NCBI RefSeq assembly: GCF_004010195.1
Contig: NC_057718.1
Coordinates: 47,367,535-47,431,534 of the forward strand
Reading direction: 5' to 3'
DNA: 64,000 bases
DNA from: Chiloscyllium plagiosum
Taxonomy: Eukaryota
The position numbers and the translations under genes are program-made. Below are positions 13,700-25,149 of the stretch, in pieces. Below the pieces are notes generated by a model. That model saw only the letters and a program-made list of their open reading frames with translations, did not search any database and was not told the origin of the DNA. Each line of letters begins with the position of its first letter. Position 1 is the first letter of the stretch.

Positions 13700-14350
13700 G
13701 GACAATGGTAGCACTCTTGCCTCAGATGTAAAGGACAGAAGTTTAACCACTGCGGGACTTGTACTCAACAATTTAGGCCCTTGTACCATTACAGTACTAA
13801 GGAAGTACAGTACCATTACAGCACTGTTAAAAGGTACCATCTCTCAGATGAAACTTTAAACTGATGCCCTCTCTGTCCTCTAGTGGGCACACGATTATTT
13901 TGAAAATCAGCTTGAGTTTGTTCCTGGCGTTCTCCCAAAAATTATGAAATCAATATCACTAAAACAGATTATCGAACCATTACATTGTTGTTTATGGGAG
14001 CTTGCTGTGTGCACATTGGCTGTCATGTTTCTTACAAAAGTTAACTTCAAAATGACATCATTGATTTTAAAGCATTTTTGATAGAAATCATAGAATCCCT
14101 GCAGTGTAGAAACAGGCTATTCAGCCCATCAAGTCCACACTGACCCTCCAAAGAGCATCCCACCCAAATGCACCCCTTTACCCTATCCCTGCATTTCTCA
14201 TAGCTAATTCACCTCACCGACACATCCCTGGACACTTTGGGCAGATTCGCATGACTAATCCATCTAACCTGCACATCTTTGGACTGTGGGAGGAAACTAG
14301 AGCACCTGGAGGAGAATCTTCTGAAGTTGTGAAAAGACTAATAGAAAGGT
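13700..14350 (+). mobile_element. Deu-domain SINE (SacSINE1/AmnSINE1-like), interrupted by HE1
   Basis: Head GGTAGCACTCTTGCCTC; Deu-like core ATCACTAAAACAGATTATC...GGGAGCTTGCTGTGTGCACATTGGCTG; tail resumes CTGAAGTTGTGAAAAG after the HE1. Confidence 0.75.
14081..14315 (-). mobile_element. HE1 SINE 3' half
   Basis: ATCATAGAATCCCT tail; AAGTCCACACTGACC; CTAACCTGCACATCTTTGGACTGTGGGAGGAAAC. Confidence 0.88.
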
Positions 14351-14854
14351 AGATATTTTAATATTCCTACAACTACAATACCACAATACAAAAAATGATA
14401 TCACAAGGTTCTGTATATTGAGTGAGGTGGGAAAATTAGAAAATTAGAAAACGACACAGTTATTGCATTCAGTGTTTAACTTTCTACAGAATAGAAAGTA
14501 AAAGCTGAACTGAATAAATTAAGTATTTCCTTATGAAGCATGTAGTTATAAGTCCTACAATTATAGTATAATTATTAGTATTGTAATGATGTTATGTAAA
14601 AATGAAAATATAATGTGACACAATAATCAAACATCAGCTAGAAATATTCATGTCTTTGTCAGAGGATATGAAGTATTATAAAAAGAGGTAGAAAGTGGAA
14701 TCTTAAATACTGGAACATTCTTGAGGCACATCAGCAAGTATATTACTTGGCATTCCATCATTTACCCAAGTACAACCCTTTCCCACCAACATCCCATTTT
14801 CAAATCATTTAATTGTGTTAACTGAACGAATATTTTCACAACATACATGTCAGC

Positions 14855-15310
14855 GATTGCTTAGTTGGTAGCATTATGGTCTTTAAGTCAAAAGGTTATG
14901 GGTTCAAGTCCCACTCCAAGGATTAAACACAAAATTCAAGCTGAAAATTGAATGCATTATAGAGGGAATGTTGGACTGACAGAGCTACTGTCTTTTAGAT
15001 GACATCCTAAACCAAACCATGTCTCTCTTCTAGGGTGGATGTTAAAGCTCCTGTCACACTTTTGAAGAATTGCACGGGAATTACGTCTGATGTCCTGTTG
15101 ATTCGTATTCCCTCAAATCAAATTAATCAAAATAAATTTCTGATTATTATCACTTTATTGCTTATGGGTGATGTTGTTTGCAATTTGATACAATATCTCA
15201 CACTGCAACTGTGACTGCACTCCAAAAGTACTCACTGATCTGTAAAACCAACATGGGACATCCCAGGGTTGTGAAAGATATTATATAAATGGCAGTCTCT
15301 CTTCCTTTCT
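14855..15310 (+). mobile_element. Full-length, old Deu-domain SINE (SacSINE1-like)
   Basis: A-box-like TTGCTTAGTTGG and B-box GGTTCAAGTCC; Deu-like body; tail GGGACATCCCAGGGTTGTGAAAGATATTATATAAATG. Confidence 0.78.
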
Positions 15311-16211
15311 TATAATTGCACTATGCTTTGACATGGAAACTTATGGACTATCTGTTAAATTCTCCAAAGCACATATGGTGTCATCACTGGGAGTTTCCAA
15401 TAACTAGGATGACTAAATATGTGGAAAACAAAACTGAATCACTCAGAAGCAACATTGCCACTATATTTTGGAAGCCCTCACAGATAATCAAGTCAGAATT
15501 CAGTATCCACCAGCAAATCAGTCACCAGTTACATGTACTAGACAAATTCACATAGATATATTACTATCTTTTTTTATCATGGCAGCTTTCAATTCTGGAT
15601 TTACTCAGAATTCCACATATTCATCTACCCACAATAACATCTGATTCCCTGACCTAACAATTATCTATCCACCTCACCTCCTTAAAATTATTCTAGGACG
15701 TCCATCTCTACCATCTTCCAAGGTAGAAAGTTTCAAAGTTGAGCAATCGTAGAAAAAGAAATTCCCTCTTTCTTTGTCCTGAAAGGACAATTACTAATTT
15801 TTAAACATTGGTCCCTAGCTCTGGACTCAACCACAAAAGGAAAACATCCTGGCCCACATTCACTTTTATCAAGACAAATTAGGATCTTACATACATCAAT
15901 TAAGTCACCCTTCATTTTTCTAAACTCCAGTAGAAACAAACCCAGTCTGTCTGACCTATCTTCATAAAACAACCTGCTCTTCCAGGTATCACTCCAGTAA
16001 ACCTCTAAATCTCTTCCAATGTATTTATAAACTTCCAGAAATAAGGAGATCAAAACATAAACATTATTCAAGATGTAGTCTCACCAATGCCTTGTATAAT
16101 TAGTTTTCTGTTCAATTCCTCGTGTAATAAATGATAGCCCCATAGCCTTCTTCATTGCTTGCTGTACCTTGATACTATCCTTTTGTGACTCATATACTAG
16201 ATCACCTTGAC

Positions 16212-16411
16212 TAAAGTGATCCAAAGTGGAGGTCAAGACCCCAAGTCGGATTGCGAGTTTAGACTTTGGGGTAATGATCGCCATGTCAACTGTGCCGGTG
16301 ACCCCGGCACTCTCAGGTTCTCATCCTCCTTCTCTCTATTCTCACCTAGGATCTGTGATCATTTTCAAGCTTTGAAACAGGGTCACAGAAAGACAAGTTT
16401 GAGAACCACTG
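16212..16411. mobile_element. hAT/Charlie-like non-autonomous DNA transposon remnant
   Basis: Right end AAGTTTGAGAACCACTG (reverse complement CAGTGGTTCTCAAACTT, typical Charlie TIR); left end degenerate; interrupts the CR1; no clear TSD. Confidence 0.6.
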
Positions 16412-16544
16412 ATACAGATCTCTCTACACTGGATTTCTGCAGGCACTCTCTGCTTTGTTAAACCATGTGAACAGCTTCACATTTTCCCATGTTAAATTCC
16501 AACTGCCACGATTTCACCCACTAGCTCAAACTAAACTATTTATA

Positions 16545-16669
16545 TCTGATAAAGGGCTTATGCCCGAAACGTCAACTCTCCTGCTCCTCGGATGCTGCCT
16601 GACCTGCTGTACTTTTCCAGCACCACACTCTCAACTCTGATCTCCAGCATCTGCAGTTCTCACTTTCTC
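16545..16669 (+). mobile_element. Mini Penelope-derived element (family A) with hammerhead motif (G8>A)
   Basis: CTGATAA-A-GGGC-TTAT-GCCC-GAAA-CGTC; TSD-like CTATTTATATCTGA 16536-16549 / CTATCTATATCTGA 16670-16683. Confidence 0.88.
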
Positions 16670-17164
16670 CTATCTATATCTGACTGCAATGTCCTCTTCA
16701 CAACATACATTCTTACCTATTTTGTGTTACCTATAAATTTAGTGACCATGCTTTCTTCATCTAACTCATTGATACAAGTTGTAAAAAACTGAGACCCCAA
16801 CACAGACTCCTGTAGGATTTCACTCATCAACATCCTGCTGAGCAGAAAAAGACCCAGTTATGGACATTCTCTGTATCTTTCCAGTCAGTTGGTCAATCTT
16901 CACTCCCTGATGATATATTCACACCGTACTTTATGCAATAACCTTTTATAACCAGAGGAAGTGGTGGAGACCAGTACAATTGCAACATTTAAGAGGCATC
17001 TGGATGGGTATATGAATAGGAAGGGTATGGGGGAATATGAGCCAGGTGCTCTATAATGACTACATGACCTTGTCAGATGCCTTCAGGAAATCCAGTACAG
17101 TACATTGACAGGCTCCCCTTTTAGTTCAACACAAGCTACTCTTTCATTTGTTTTTAATTTAACT

Positions 17165-17281
17165 TATTTTTCTAATCAACCTGTTCAGAGATGTTATTAC
17201 ACACCTCCGGAACAGGTGGGACTTGAACTCAGGCCTGTTGGTGCAGGGATTGAGGCACTACCACTGCACGACAAGAGGACC
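17165..17281 (-). mobile_element. Short (~115 bp) tRNA-derived SINE
   Basis: Minus strand GTGCAGTGGTAGTG...GAGTTCAAGTCCCACC...TCTGAACAGGTTGATTAGAAA; related copies at 44274 and 44567. Confidence 0.7.
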
Positions 17282-18140
17282 AAGTTACTCCTTCAAAGAA
17301 ATTAAATAAATTGACTAAAAGTGATTTCCCTTTCACAAAACCATGCTGACGATTCCCGATTACCTTGAGATACACCCCAGCCCTCAAGCACCCAGCTATA
17401 ACCTCTTTAATGATCTATAGTATTGTAAAGCCCGCCCACTTGTCAGATGTGCTATCCTCAACGTCTCCGCCATGTGTACACATACGGGCAGTACAACTTA
17501 TGAACTTTGGAACTAACTGTAGCCAGTAAACGATTGGGGAACTTCAACGCTTTTTACAAGAAACCTCCTCCAATGTCATCTGACCACTGACGTTGCTCTT
17601 CTGACTAAGCAGATCTGGGGCCGTTGGGTTACTTTATAATGGGGAGGGGTCTGTTCACAAACCCCTAAAATAACAACTCTACAGCCAGAAGGCACTGGTG
17701 AAAATAATAACTTGCCACATTTTCTTTCCCGGGGGGAAAGTAAGTGAGAGAAAAAGGAAAAGCCCGCTTAAGAACCTGGCGCACAGTGATCTGTCAAGAG
17801 TGAAGGCTCATTCAAAACTAACAAGTTATCGCGAAGCAGAAAGACCTGATTAAAACAAGAGCCTCCTTACCCACCGAGTACTAGATGGAGCAATCACTCC
17901 CTGAGTTCATGATTCCCGCTTGTGGACGGATCCCACACACAAAACACGAACCCGTCCAGATCCCAGACCCAGTTGGACTCTCGGCTATTTTTTCGACTCA
18001 GGCGGAAAACAATAAAAAGTACGAAAGTGTGGCCATCACTATTGATCAACCCCCGGTTGGCCCGGGCTTCCCCGACTCCCTGTCACCAGGCTCTGGTGCT
18101 GGGGTAGGGGGTCGAGTTGCTGGCACTGGGGGGCACTTAC

Positions 18141-18248
18141 CTAACGCCCTGCCCCGGGACGGAGGCTAATCTCAGCTGCGGAAGAAGCGGCGGCCTCTCT
18201 ATATCCAGCAGTCGAGTCTCTCCAGCTTTTCGAATACTTGCGGAACAC
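18141..18248 (-). other. ATF3: Putative non-coding exon 1 of an ATF3/JDP2-family gene
   Basis: Starts ~30 nt downstream of the TATA box; contains no ATG; ends at consensus donor TTAG|GTAAGT (exon end 18141). Gene identity inferred only from promoter architecture. Confidence 0.55.
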
Positions 18249-18256
18249 CGCTCGGG

Positions 18257-18412
18257 GTTGCATCACTGCCTTTATATACAGTGAGTGCGAGCCTCTGGTA
18301 TTTACAAGCCCAGTCCCCTGACGTCATTCTATTTATAGAGAAGGGAAGCTTTCTCGTTGGTGATGCAACCAACCCCAATCCAAGGAAACTGAGCTGCCCG
18401 CACCATAAGAGG
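18257..18412 (-). promoter_or_regulatory. ATF3: TATA promoter with MEF2, CRE, FOX and two C/EBP-ATF (CARE/AARE) sites, ATF3-like
   Basis: Minus strand: CTATAAATAG (18329-18338), AA, TGACGTCA (18319-18326), GGGGACTGG, GTAAATA (18299-18305), TATATAAA (18271-18278), TGATGCAAC (18257-18265); second TGATGCAAC at 18361-18369; CArG-like CCATAAGAGG at 18403-18412. Confidence 0.65.
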
Positions 18413-19406
18413 ATCACATCAGTTTGATTAAAGTCAGCGATGGCATAGTAATGAAGAAATGTGGCCCCGAGCAGCGAAATGACCGTAGATAGCAGGCATC
18501 TGATGTGGAAACGAGCTGAACACTGAGCTTTAGGCTGCTTATTTAAAACAGACAAGAGATTTCCAGGACACTGTTGTTTTCGAAAATATGTATCTCATTT
18601 TGTGAACAATTATAGACTCCTTCGTGCTGACTGCGCGGCTTTTCTTTGACACAGATACATTTTCTAATGTATCATTTCTTGTGTTTTATGAAGCGGGGCA
18701 AATCGAAACCTGACAAGCCACTTCAGAAATAGGAATTCAAAGCATGTAGCTTTTTTTTCCATTTCCTAGAATTGAAAGCTCTGGCAAAATCCCGGATATC
18801 TAACCGGGATATTTATTCTCCAGAAGTTACGACCTGTAACTGAAATTGTGGAACAAAAACAAAATCAGCCCAACAGAATGTAACAATCATTATAACATTA
18901 CTTTAGCAAATCCTTATATTACAGTATAACGCCCAGATAGTACAGATTGTTGATTACACAAAAAAAGGCTTTGATCAAAGGATCTCAAAAAGTTGGTTCG
19001 ATTATTTTTCAAACTGCCAACCTGAAATAACCAGTACTCCAATATAAAACTCAGTACGAATTCAGTATATAATTCGTACTCCAAAATAAAATTAATTTAA
19101 AACAGCATCAACGCAGAACTGTTTCTAGGTATTTCTTGGAGAAAATTAGACTTCAGAAACTCCGTAATTACCATGATCACTGAGTATCGCTGATTTTGAC
19201 CTTTACACTGATTCGAACCTCCCTATCCGCTTATTCATACCTTAAAAACATGCAAACGCATGTTAAAACTGATGACTGACTGTATATTGCTGGCATCTGA
19301 TGGTCTGTTATGTATTATGTGATCATTGAATTGACTTGTTTTTTATGACTACGAATGGTGGAATTTGTTTCCACGGCGTTATCCCCTCAATCACTGCTCT
19401 TTATAG

Positions 19407-19534
19407 CGCGTTTATTCATTGAATAGATCGGAGTCCCACATAAATTCACCAGACTCTGAGAGAGATCACAACTCTTCTGTAGTAGTCAACAAAGTTTGAA
19501 AAGGGAATTTGATGACCTGGGTTCCTTTACAAAG
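19407..19534 (+). ncRNA. Candidate exon of a divergent non-coding transcript
   Basis: Acceptor CTGCTCTTTATAG| and perfect donor AAG|GTAAGT; stops in all three frames; lies inside the CpG-rich region. Confidence 0.35.
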
Positions 19535-21779
19535 GTAAGTAATGTTTAATTATGCCTCGTCGAATGTCAGATTTTGAGGAATTTACCCGATATTGGTGAA
19601 ATTAGTCATTCACGCTTTGGAATTACGTAAGAAATGCTTGAAAAAAAACGGAAGTCGAAACGTTCGTCTTTCGGGATTATTGTACATTCACTTCTTCAAA
19701 CGTTTGTTAGCAGTTCAATATGTAATCGACTATTCTGATCTTTTAGGGACGTGTTTATTGATGTACATTTTGTACAATGTTTCCCTTACTTAATAGCAGT
19801 TCCAAATTTCCTGGTATAAAGTGGACATTAAATAGCGTAGTTATAAATAGAGGTTTAAATTTACATAGAGAGGCATAGAGAGAACATTAGAGGCGACAAC
19901 GCAAGACTCATAGGTATTAACATTGGTGCTTCCTACGAGGAAACGGTTGTTATTTTCCTGTTCAAGTCTGTTTGACACAGTAGCCTAAATTGTAATTTTA
20001 ATGACTTTTGAATATTTACAATTTAAGTTTTATATTTGTGTTCTGATTATTGAATGGTAAGTTCTTGGTTGATTGTCAGTCAGTTGCACATAAGGCAGGA
20101 GAAGTTCATTGTTGGTTTTCTAATCAGGATAAACCACAATCCCCAATATAGGCAACTTGGATTTAGGGTCCGGTGTTGAGTGCACCTTGCGTCTATTAAA
20201 TTACAGTCGCAATGCTTTTAAGCTATAGAAATCCTTTGAGACAGACATCAAATGAACTTTGTCACAACTTTAAGTATAATAGCAAAGTGGAAAAAACAAA
20301 TTTAGAACTTTTTTTGTGGAATATAAGTTAGAAGATTTCGCAACACTAGTAACTCCCACCCCCACCTTTCAAATGTTTCAGTTAAGAGTTCAGTGTTAAA
20401 TGGATGAGCAGCTGCACACACACAATTCCCGCCCTGCTCCCCTTTTGCAGTCTTTTCATTGCCCCTCAAAAATAATTTGGTTTTCACCACAATTTTCAAC
20501 CAATTATAACACACAGGTGAGTTTCTCTGAGTAATGGCCAACTATTCTTCTGACTTTATTTTGATCTGTTTCGTAAGTTTACTAGTCTCCCATTTGAGCG
20601 TAGACATTTCGACAAAACATTGAGATTTTCTCAAACATTTCTTCCAAATGATTTTGTCTTGATTTTGTTTCCTCTGCTTTCACAAATCCCTTTAAAATAT
20701 TAATGTCTGTAAATGTCTCAATATTCCCAGTGCAAGCAGTTCTAAGAAGTTCAATATGTAGAAATATATATGGTTGTTTTAGAGTATTCACATAGTTTTG
20801 TTGTTGGGACAGAATTTCAGAAGGACTCCAAAAAACTAAATTTTTAATTACCATTTGTTGGAAGGCGCTTTCCAGAAATGCAACTGAGAATCCTATGTTA
20901 TTGAGTATTATTTATATTCTTCAGTTGTCCATAGGTTGTCAATCAAATGTGTGTCTAAAGAGACCACGCTTATTGATTTCACTTAAATAGCCATAGAATT
21001 CCTTATCCTCACTTTATCAGAACTTTAAAGTCACATTTATTATGCATTTTGAAGGTGTGTGTTACTTTGTGGAGACATCATATTCACTAAATGTTCATTA
21101 AGAGACAATTACTTACAGTAAACTGTTAATATTATTGGATAGAATATCTTTTACTTTATAATGTAGAAGATACATGCTAAAGCCAAAGCATTCAAAGTGG
21201 CAGAGTCATTTTTCAATAAACGAGATATTAACAACCATACAAAGCATATCACCATTGCTTGTGCATCTTTGATCTGAAGTGCAAGTTTAGATTCATTACA
21301 AGCCAACAATTCTTCTAAAAGTACTGCTGGGTGATGTTACCCAAACACAGCTACTTACGATTTTCATGGTTGAAGATTTGTCAACGCATTACTATGTGAA
21401 CCACCCTGCTAAAAGATATTGGATAATGTAGTGGGTCAATGCTTAGCAATTCCTCATCGATCAGTTACCTGAAAAGGAGAGTAAGGTAATGCCTACGTAG
21501 TTTCAACAATCAGATTTTTTTCACTTGTCTTTGAAGAGGGAGACAATCGCTGCATCTCCAAGGTTCTGAGGCAATTCCACTTTCCTCCAACTTGCTGTAA
21601 ACAGATCTGTAAACATATCCAGGATTTGCATCCTTGTTTTTGGAATGCCATCTATCCCAAGAGTGTTGTCTGACTTTAATTATGCCGCTGTAGTCTTGAT
21701 TTTTTTTTGCTGACTGGGGATTCCTCCAATGCAGACTTCACTTTCTAGGAGATATGTGGAATTCATGTTTCACACCATT

Positions 21780-22105
21780 AGAGCAAGTGTGAACCTATCT
21801 ATGGACAGTTTGTGATATCTGAAGAAGCTTGTGTAAAAAAACAAAGTAAAAGCTACAATTTTAAAGAAGGTGCAGGGCCAGAGGGAACTACGTGTATAAA
21901 TGCATAAATCATTTAAGAAAATGGAGCAGGTTTAGACAGCAGTTTACAAAACACGTAAATCCTGGGCTTTATAAAAAGGGCCAAAGAGTACAAAAGCAAG
22001 GAAATTACAATAAACCTGTATAACACGTTGGTTCAGCCTCAACTGGAATAAACTTGGAACCACACTTTACGGAAGCTGTGAAGACATTAAAGAAAGTGCA
22101 GAGAG
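21780..22105 (+). mobile_element. Old CR1 fragment
   Basis: GAGTACAAAAGCAAGGAAATT...CTGTATAACACGTTGGTTCAGCCTCAACTGGAATA (LYxTLVRPxLEY-like). Confidence 0.7.
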
Positions 22106-23132
22106 TAGGGGAAGGAGGGGGATCCCTGAGACCACAGGCTAGATTTTCTGTGTCCTCACCTCAGCAAATTACCCTGCTACTGTGTAACTTATTGAATGTT
22201 TATCATAACATCATGAACAAGTTTCCCACAGCTTTCCAAAAAATGTTCATGATAAGTGGTATGTCTTTTTCTGCTGTTGTATTGAAGCCATGGTATACTT
22301 GTATGAATGTGAAATTTTTACTTCATCCATCATCCATTCTTGCGACTTTCCTGATCAAAATTTTCTAAAGGTAAATTTTCTAAAGTTGTCCACATTTGTA
22401 CGTATATCTACCTACTGTGGGATGGGAGCAGAAAATTTTTGTACCTGCTCTACATTAAAAGCATGAAGCCTACAGTCCCAGTGGTCTGGAAAGAGGTAAA
22501 ACTATTTTACACATAAGGACTTGATGAATAGAAGTATGAGAAATCTGGCCATTCTAAAACACAGGACAGACATTCTAGAAGACTTGAAAATGATTCTTGA
22601 ATTTTGAAAAGCAGACATCTTAGAGAAAGGACTAATCCTCTAGGATTTCTAGATTACAGATATGATTGATCTTCTATTGAATCAGTTTCATGAACAAACA
22701 AAGAAGCCATTCAACCCAATAATTTAGTCTTAATCCTGGGTTTCAGAAAATGAATGAACAGTGTGTTAACTCATTCCATTAACTTTGATTAATCATTTAA
22801 TACTCACTCACCTGAATTGAAATGCCTAGGCTTTCCCAAAGCTTCCATTTAATATTTCATAATTTCTAATGTATTAGAACTACTGATGCATTGGAGATTT
22901 TAATATTATTTCTAAAGTAAAATTTCCCAAGGCATTTTTGAAAAAAAAGTTCCATGAGCATTCAACGTTCAATGAAGGAGGGACTTTCCAACAGTATGTG
23001 TTTGATTTACAGTAGGTAAAATATGATCAGGTTATTAATTTGATTAACTATGAATAGATTTGGCTATTAAAATAAAATGGCAAATACTTCCTCCAGTGCT
23101 GTGTTACATTATGAACAGAAAATAATGTCAAT

Positions 23133-23567
23133 GGTTGGCACAATGGTTAGCACTGCTGCCTCCCACCGCCAGGGACCCAGGTTCAATTCCCGCCTTGGGC
23201 CATTGTCTGTGTTGAGTTTACATATTCTCTCCGTGTCTGTGTGGGTTTCCTCCAGGTCCTCCCTCTATCTAAAGACGTGCAGATCAGGTGAATTGGTCAT
23301 GCTAAATTGCCCATAGTTTTAGGTGCATTAGTCAGGGGTAAATGAGCATGAAGCCTACAGTCCCAGTGGTCTGGAAAGAGGTGATACTATTTTACACATA
23401 AGGACTTGATGAATTGGTCATGCTAAATTGCCCATAGTTTTAGGTGCATTAGTCAGGGGTAAATGTAGGGGAATGGGTCTGGGTGGGTTATTCTTTGGAG
23501 GGCCGATGTGGACTTGTTGGGCCAAATGGCCTGTTTCCTCACTGTAAGGAATCTAATCTAATCTAAT
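23133..23567 (+). mobile_element. HE1 SINE with an internal 56-bp duplication and a 70-bp templated insert
   Basis: A-box TGGCACAATGG, B-box GGTTCAATTCC, V-domain, (ATCTA)n tail; 23289-23344 equals 23410-23465. Confidence 0.92.
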
Positions 23568-25085
23568 AGGAAATAGGAGTTGGAGTACACATTTGGCTCT
23601 TTGAGTCTACTCTGCTATTTAATATGATCATGTCCAATCATCCAACTCAGTACCTTGGACCAACTTTCTCACATTCTTTAATCCCACGAACTATATCTAA
23701 CTCCTTCTTGAAAACATTCAATGTTTTCACCTTAATGGCTTTCTGTGGTAGAGAATTCCATAGCCTCACCACTCCCTGGGTGACAAAATCTCTCCTATCT
23801 CAGTCCTAAATGACCCATCACATATCCTTGCACTCTGGCCCCTGGTTCTGGACTCCCTGGTCATCAGAAACATCTTTCCTGCATTTACCTTGTCTAGTTC
23901 TGTTAGAATTTTATAGTTCTCTATTAGAACCGCCCCTTATTCTTCTAAAATCCTAACTGATCCAATCTCTCTTCATAAGTCAATCCTGCTATCACTGGAA
24001 TCAACCTGGTAAAATGTTGTTACACTTCTTCTGTAGCCAGAACATCCTACCTTGGATAAGGAGACTAAAACTGCACACAGTACTCCAGGTGTGTCTCACC
24101 AATGCTCTGTGCAATTGCAGCAAGACATTGTTGCTCCTGTACTTGAATCCTGTTACTCTGAAGGCCAACATGCATTTGCTTTCTTCACTGCCAGGGTTCA
24201 GGTGGAAAGGTTGCGGCTTTACGTGCACATTTACTTTCAGCGATGGTGTACAAGCACACTCAGGTCTCATTGCACCTTCCCCTATCTCAATCTATTGCTA
24301 TTCAGATATCTTTCTGATTTTGCTGTCAAAGCGAATAATTTCACATTATACTTGATCTGCCATATATTTGGCCGGGATGGGACCGTTCGCCGCTGCCGAT
24401 TAGCCACTACCCTTTCACCGCCGAGAATGCTTCGCCACCGCCCATTGGCTGCTGAGGATGATTCGTCACCGCAAGTGTTAGTAACTCATTTTTATGTATA
24501 AACCAATAAAATTATATTTATTTCACCTCTTTTTATCAATATGTACTATGTTGATGTATAAATAAAGGGGACTGAGAAGTATGAAAGAATAGGCGTGAGG
24601 GAAAACAATATTTCCAGTGGCAAATAGTCTCCAGAGGTAAAATGACCCCAGTGGAGAAATGCTGGTGGCGAACCGGCAGTGGCTAAACGGCAGCAGCAAA
24701 TGTGCTGTGGCGAATCATTACCAACCCGTATTTGTCCATTCATTCAACTTGTCCAAATCAAAATTTCTGCATCCTCCTTACAGTTCATCCTCCCACTCAG
24801 CTTCATGTCATCTGCAAGCTTGGAGATATTACATTCATTTCCTTTATCTAAAATCAGCCACTGATCCCTGTCGTACCCCACTAGTCACTACCCACTATTT
24901 GGAAAAAGACTTGTTTATTCCTATTTCTTGGTGTCCTCCCTGCCAAACAAATGTCAGCATACTACCACTAATCTCATGTGCCTTAATTTTGCACACTAAT
25001 CCTTTGCATAGCACTTTATCAATAGCTTCCGAAAGTTCAAGTAACCACACTCACTGGCTCCCCGTTGTCATCTATACTAGTTACA
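23568..25085 (-). mobile_element. CR1 LINE 3' fragment interrupted by a MITE
   Basis: ORF 24001..24270(-) has FKYRSNNVLLQLHRALVR; TGTCATCTGCAAGCTT (KLADD on minus strand) at ~24.81 kb. Confidence 0.85.
24373..24728. mobile_element. Non-autonomous DNA transposon (MULE/foldback-like MITE) with modular TIRs
   Basis: Ends CGGGATGG / CCAACCCG; TTCGCCRC-type units every 14-17 bp mirrored at both ends; AT-rich core; TSD TATTTGGC/TATTTGTC. Confidence 0.8.
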
Positions 25086-25149
25086 GTCTCCATATATTAT
25101 GCAGGTTACCTGTATATCCAAGAATGCTCAAAAAGCTTCCAATATCAAT

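Larger units (their letters stand above)
15620..17420 (-). mobile_element. Old CR1 LINE (3' ~1.5 kb) with several later insertions
   Basis: ORF 15733..16071(-) has YEDRSDRLGLFLLEFRKMKGDLIDVCKIL; TTTCACAAAACCATGCTGAC (QHGFVKG on minus strand) at ~17.33 kb. Confidence 0.85.
17420..19900. promoter_or_regulatory. CpG-enriched, repeat-free region (non-methylated-island-like)
   Basis: CpG visibly retained versus CpG-depleted flanks; GC peak ~17.85-18.5 kb; no recognisable TE. Confidence 0.8.

Noticed and set aside
24385..24473. Regularly spaced short repeats resembling a CRISPR-like array
   Set aside because: Units are 8 bp with 6-9 bp spacers and are mirrored at the other end; they are transposon subterminal repeats in a vertebrate genome
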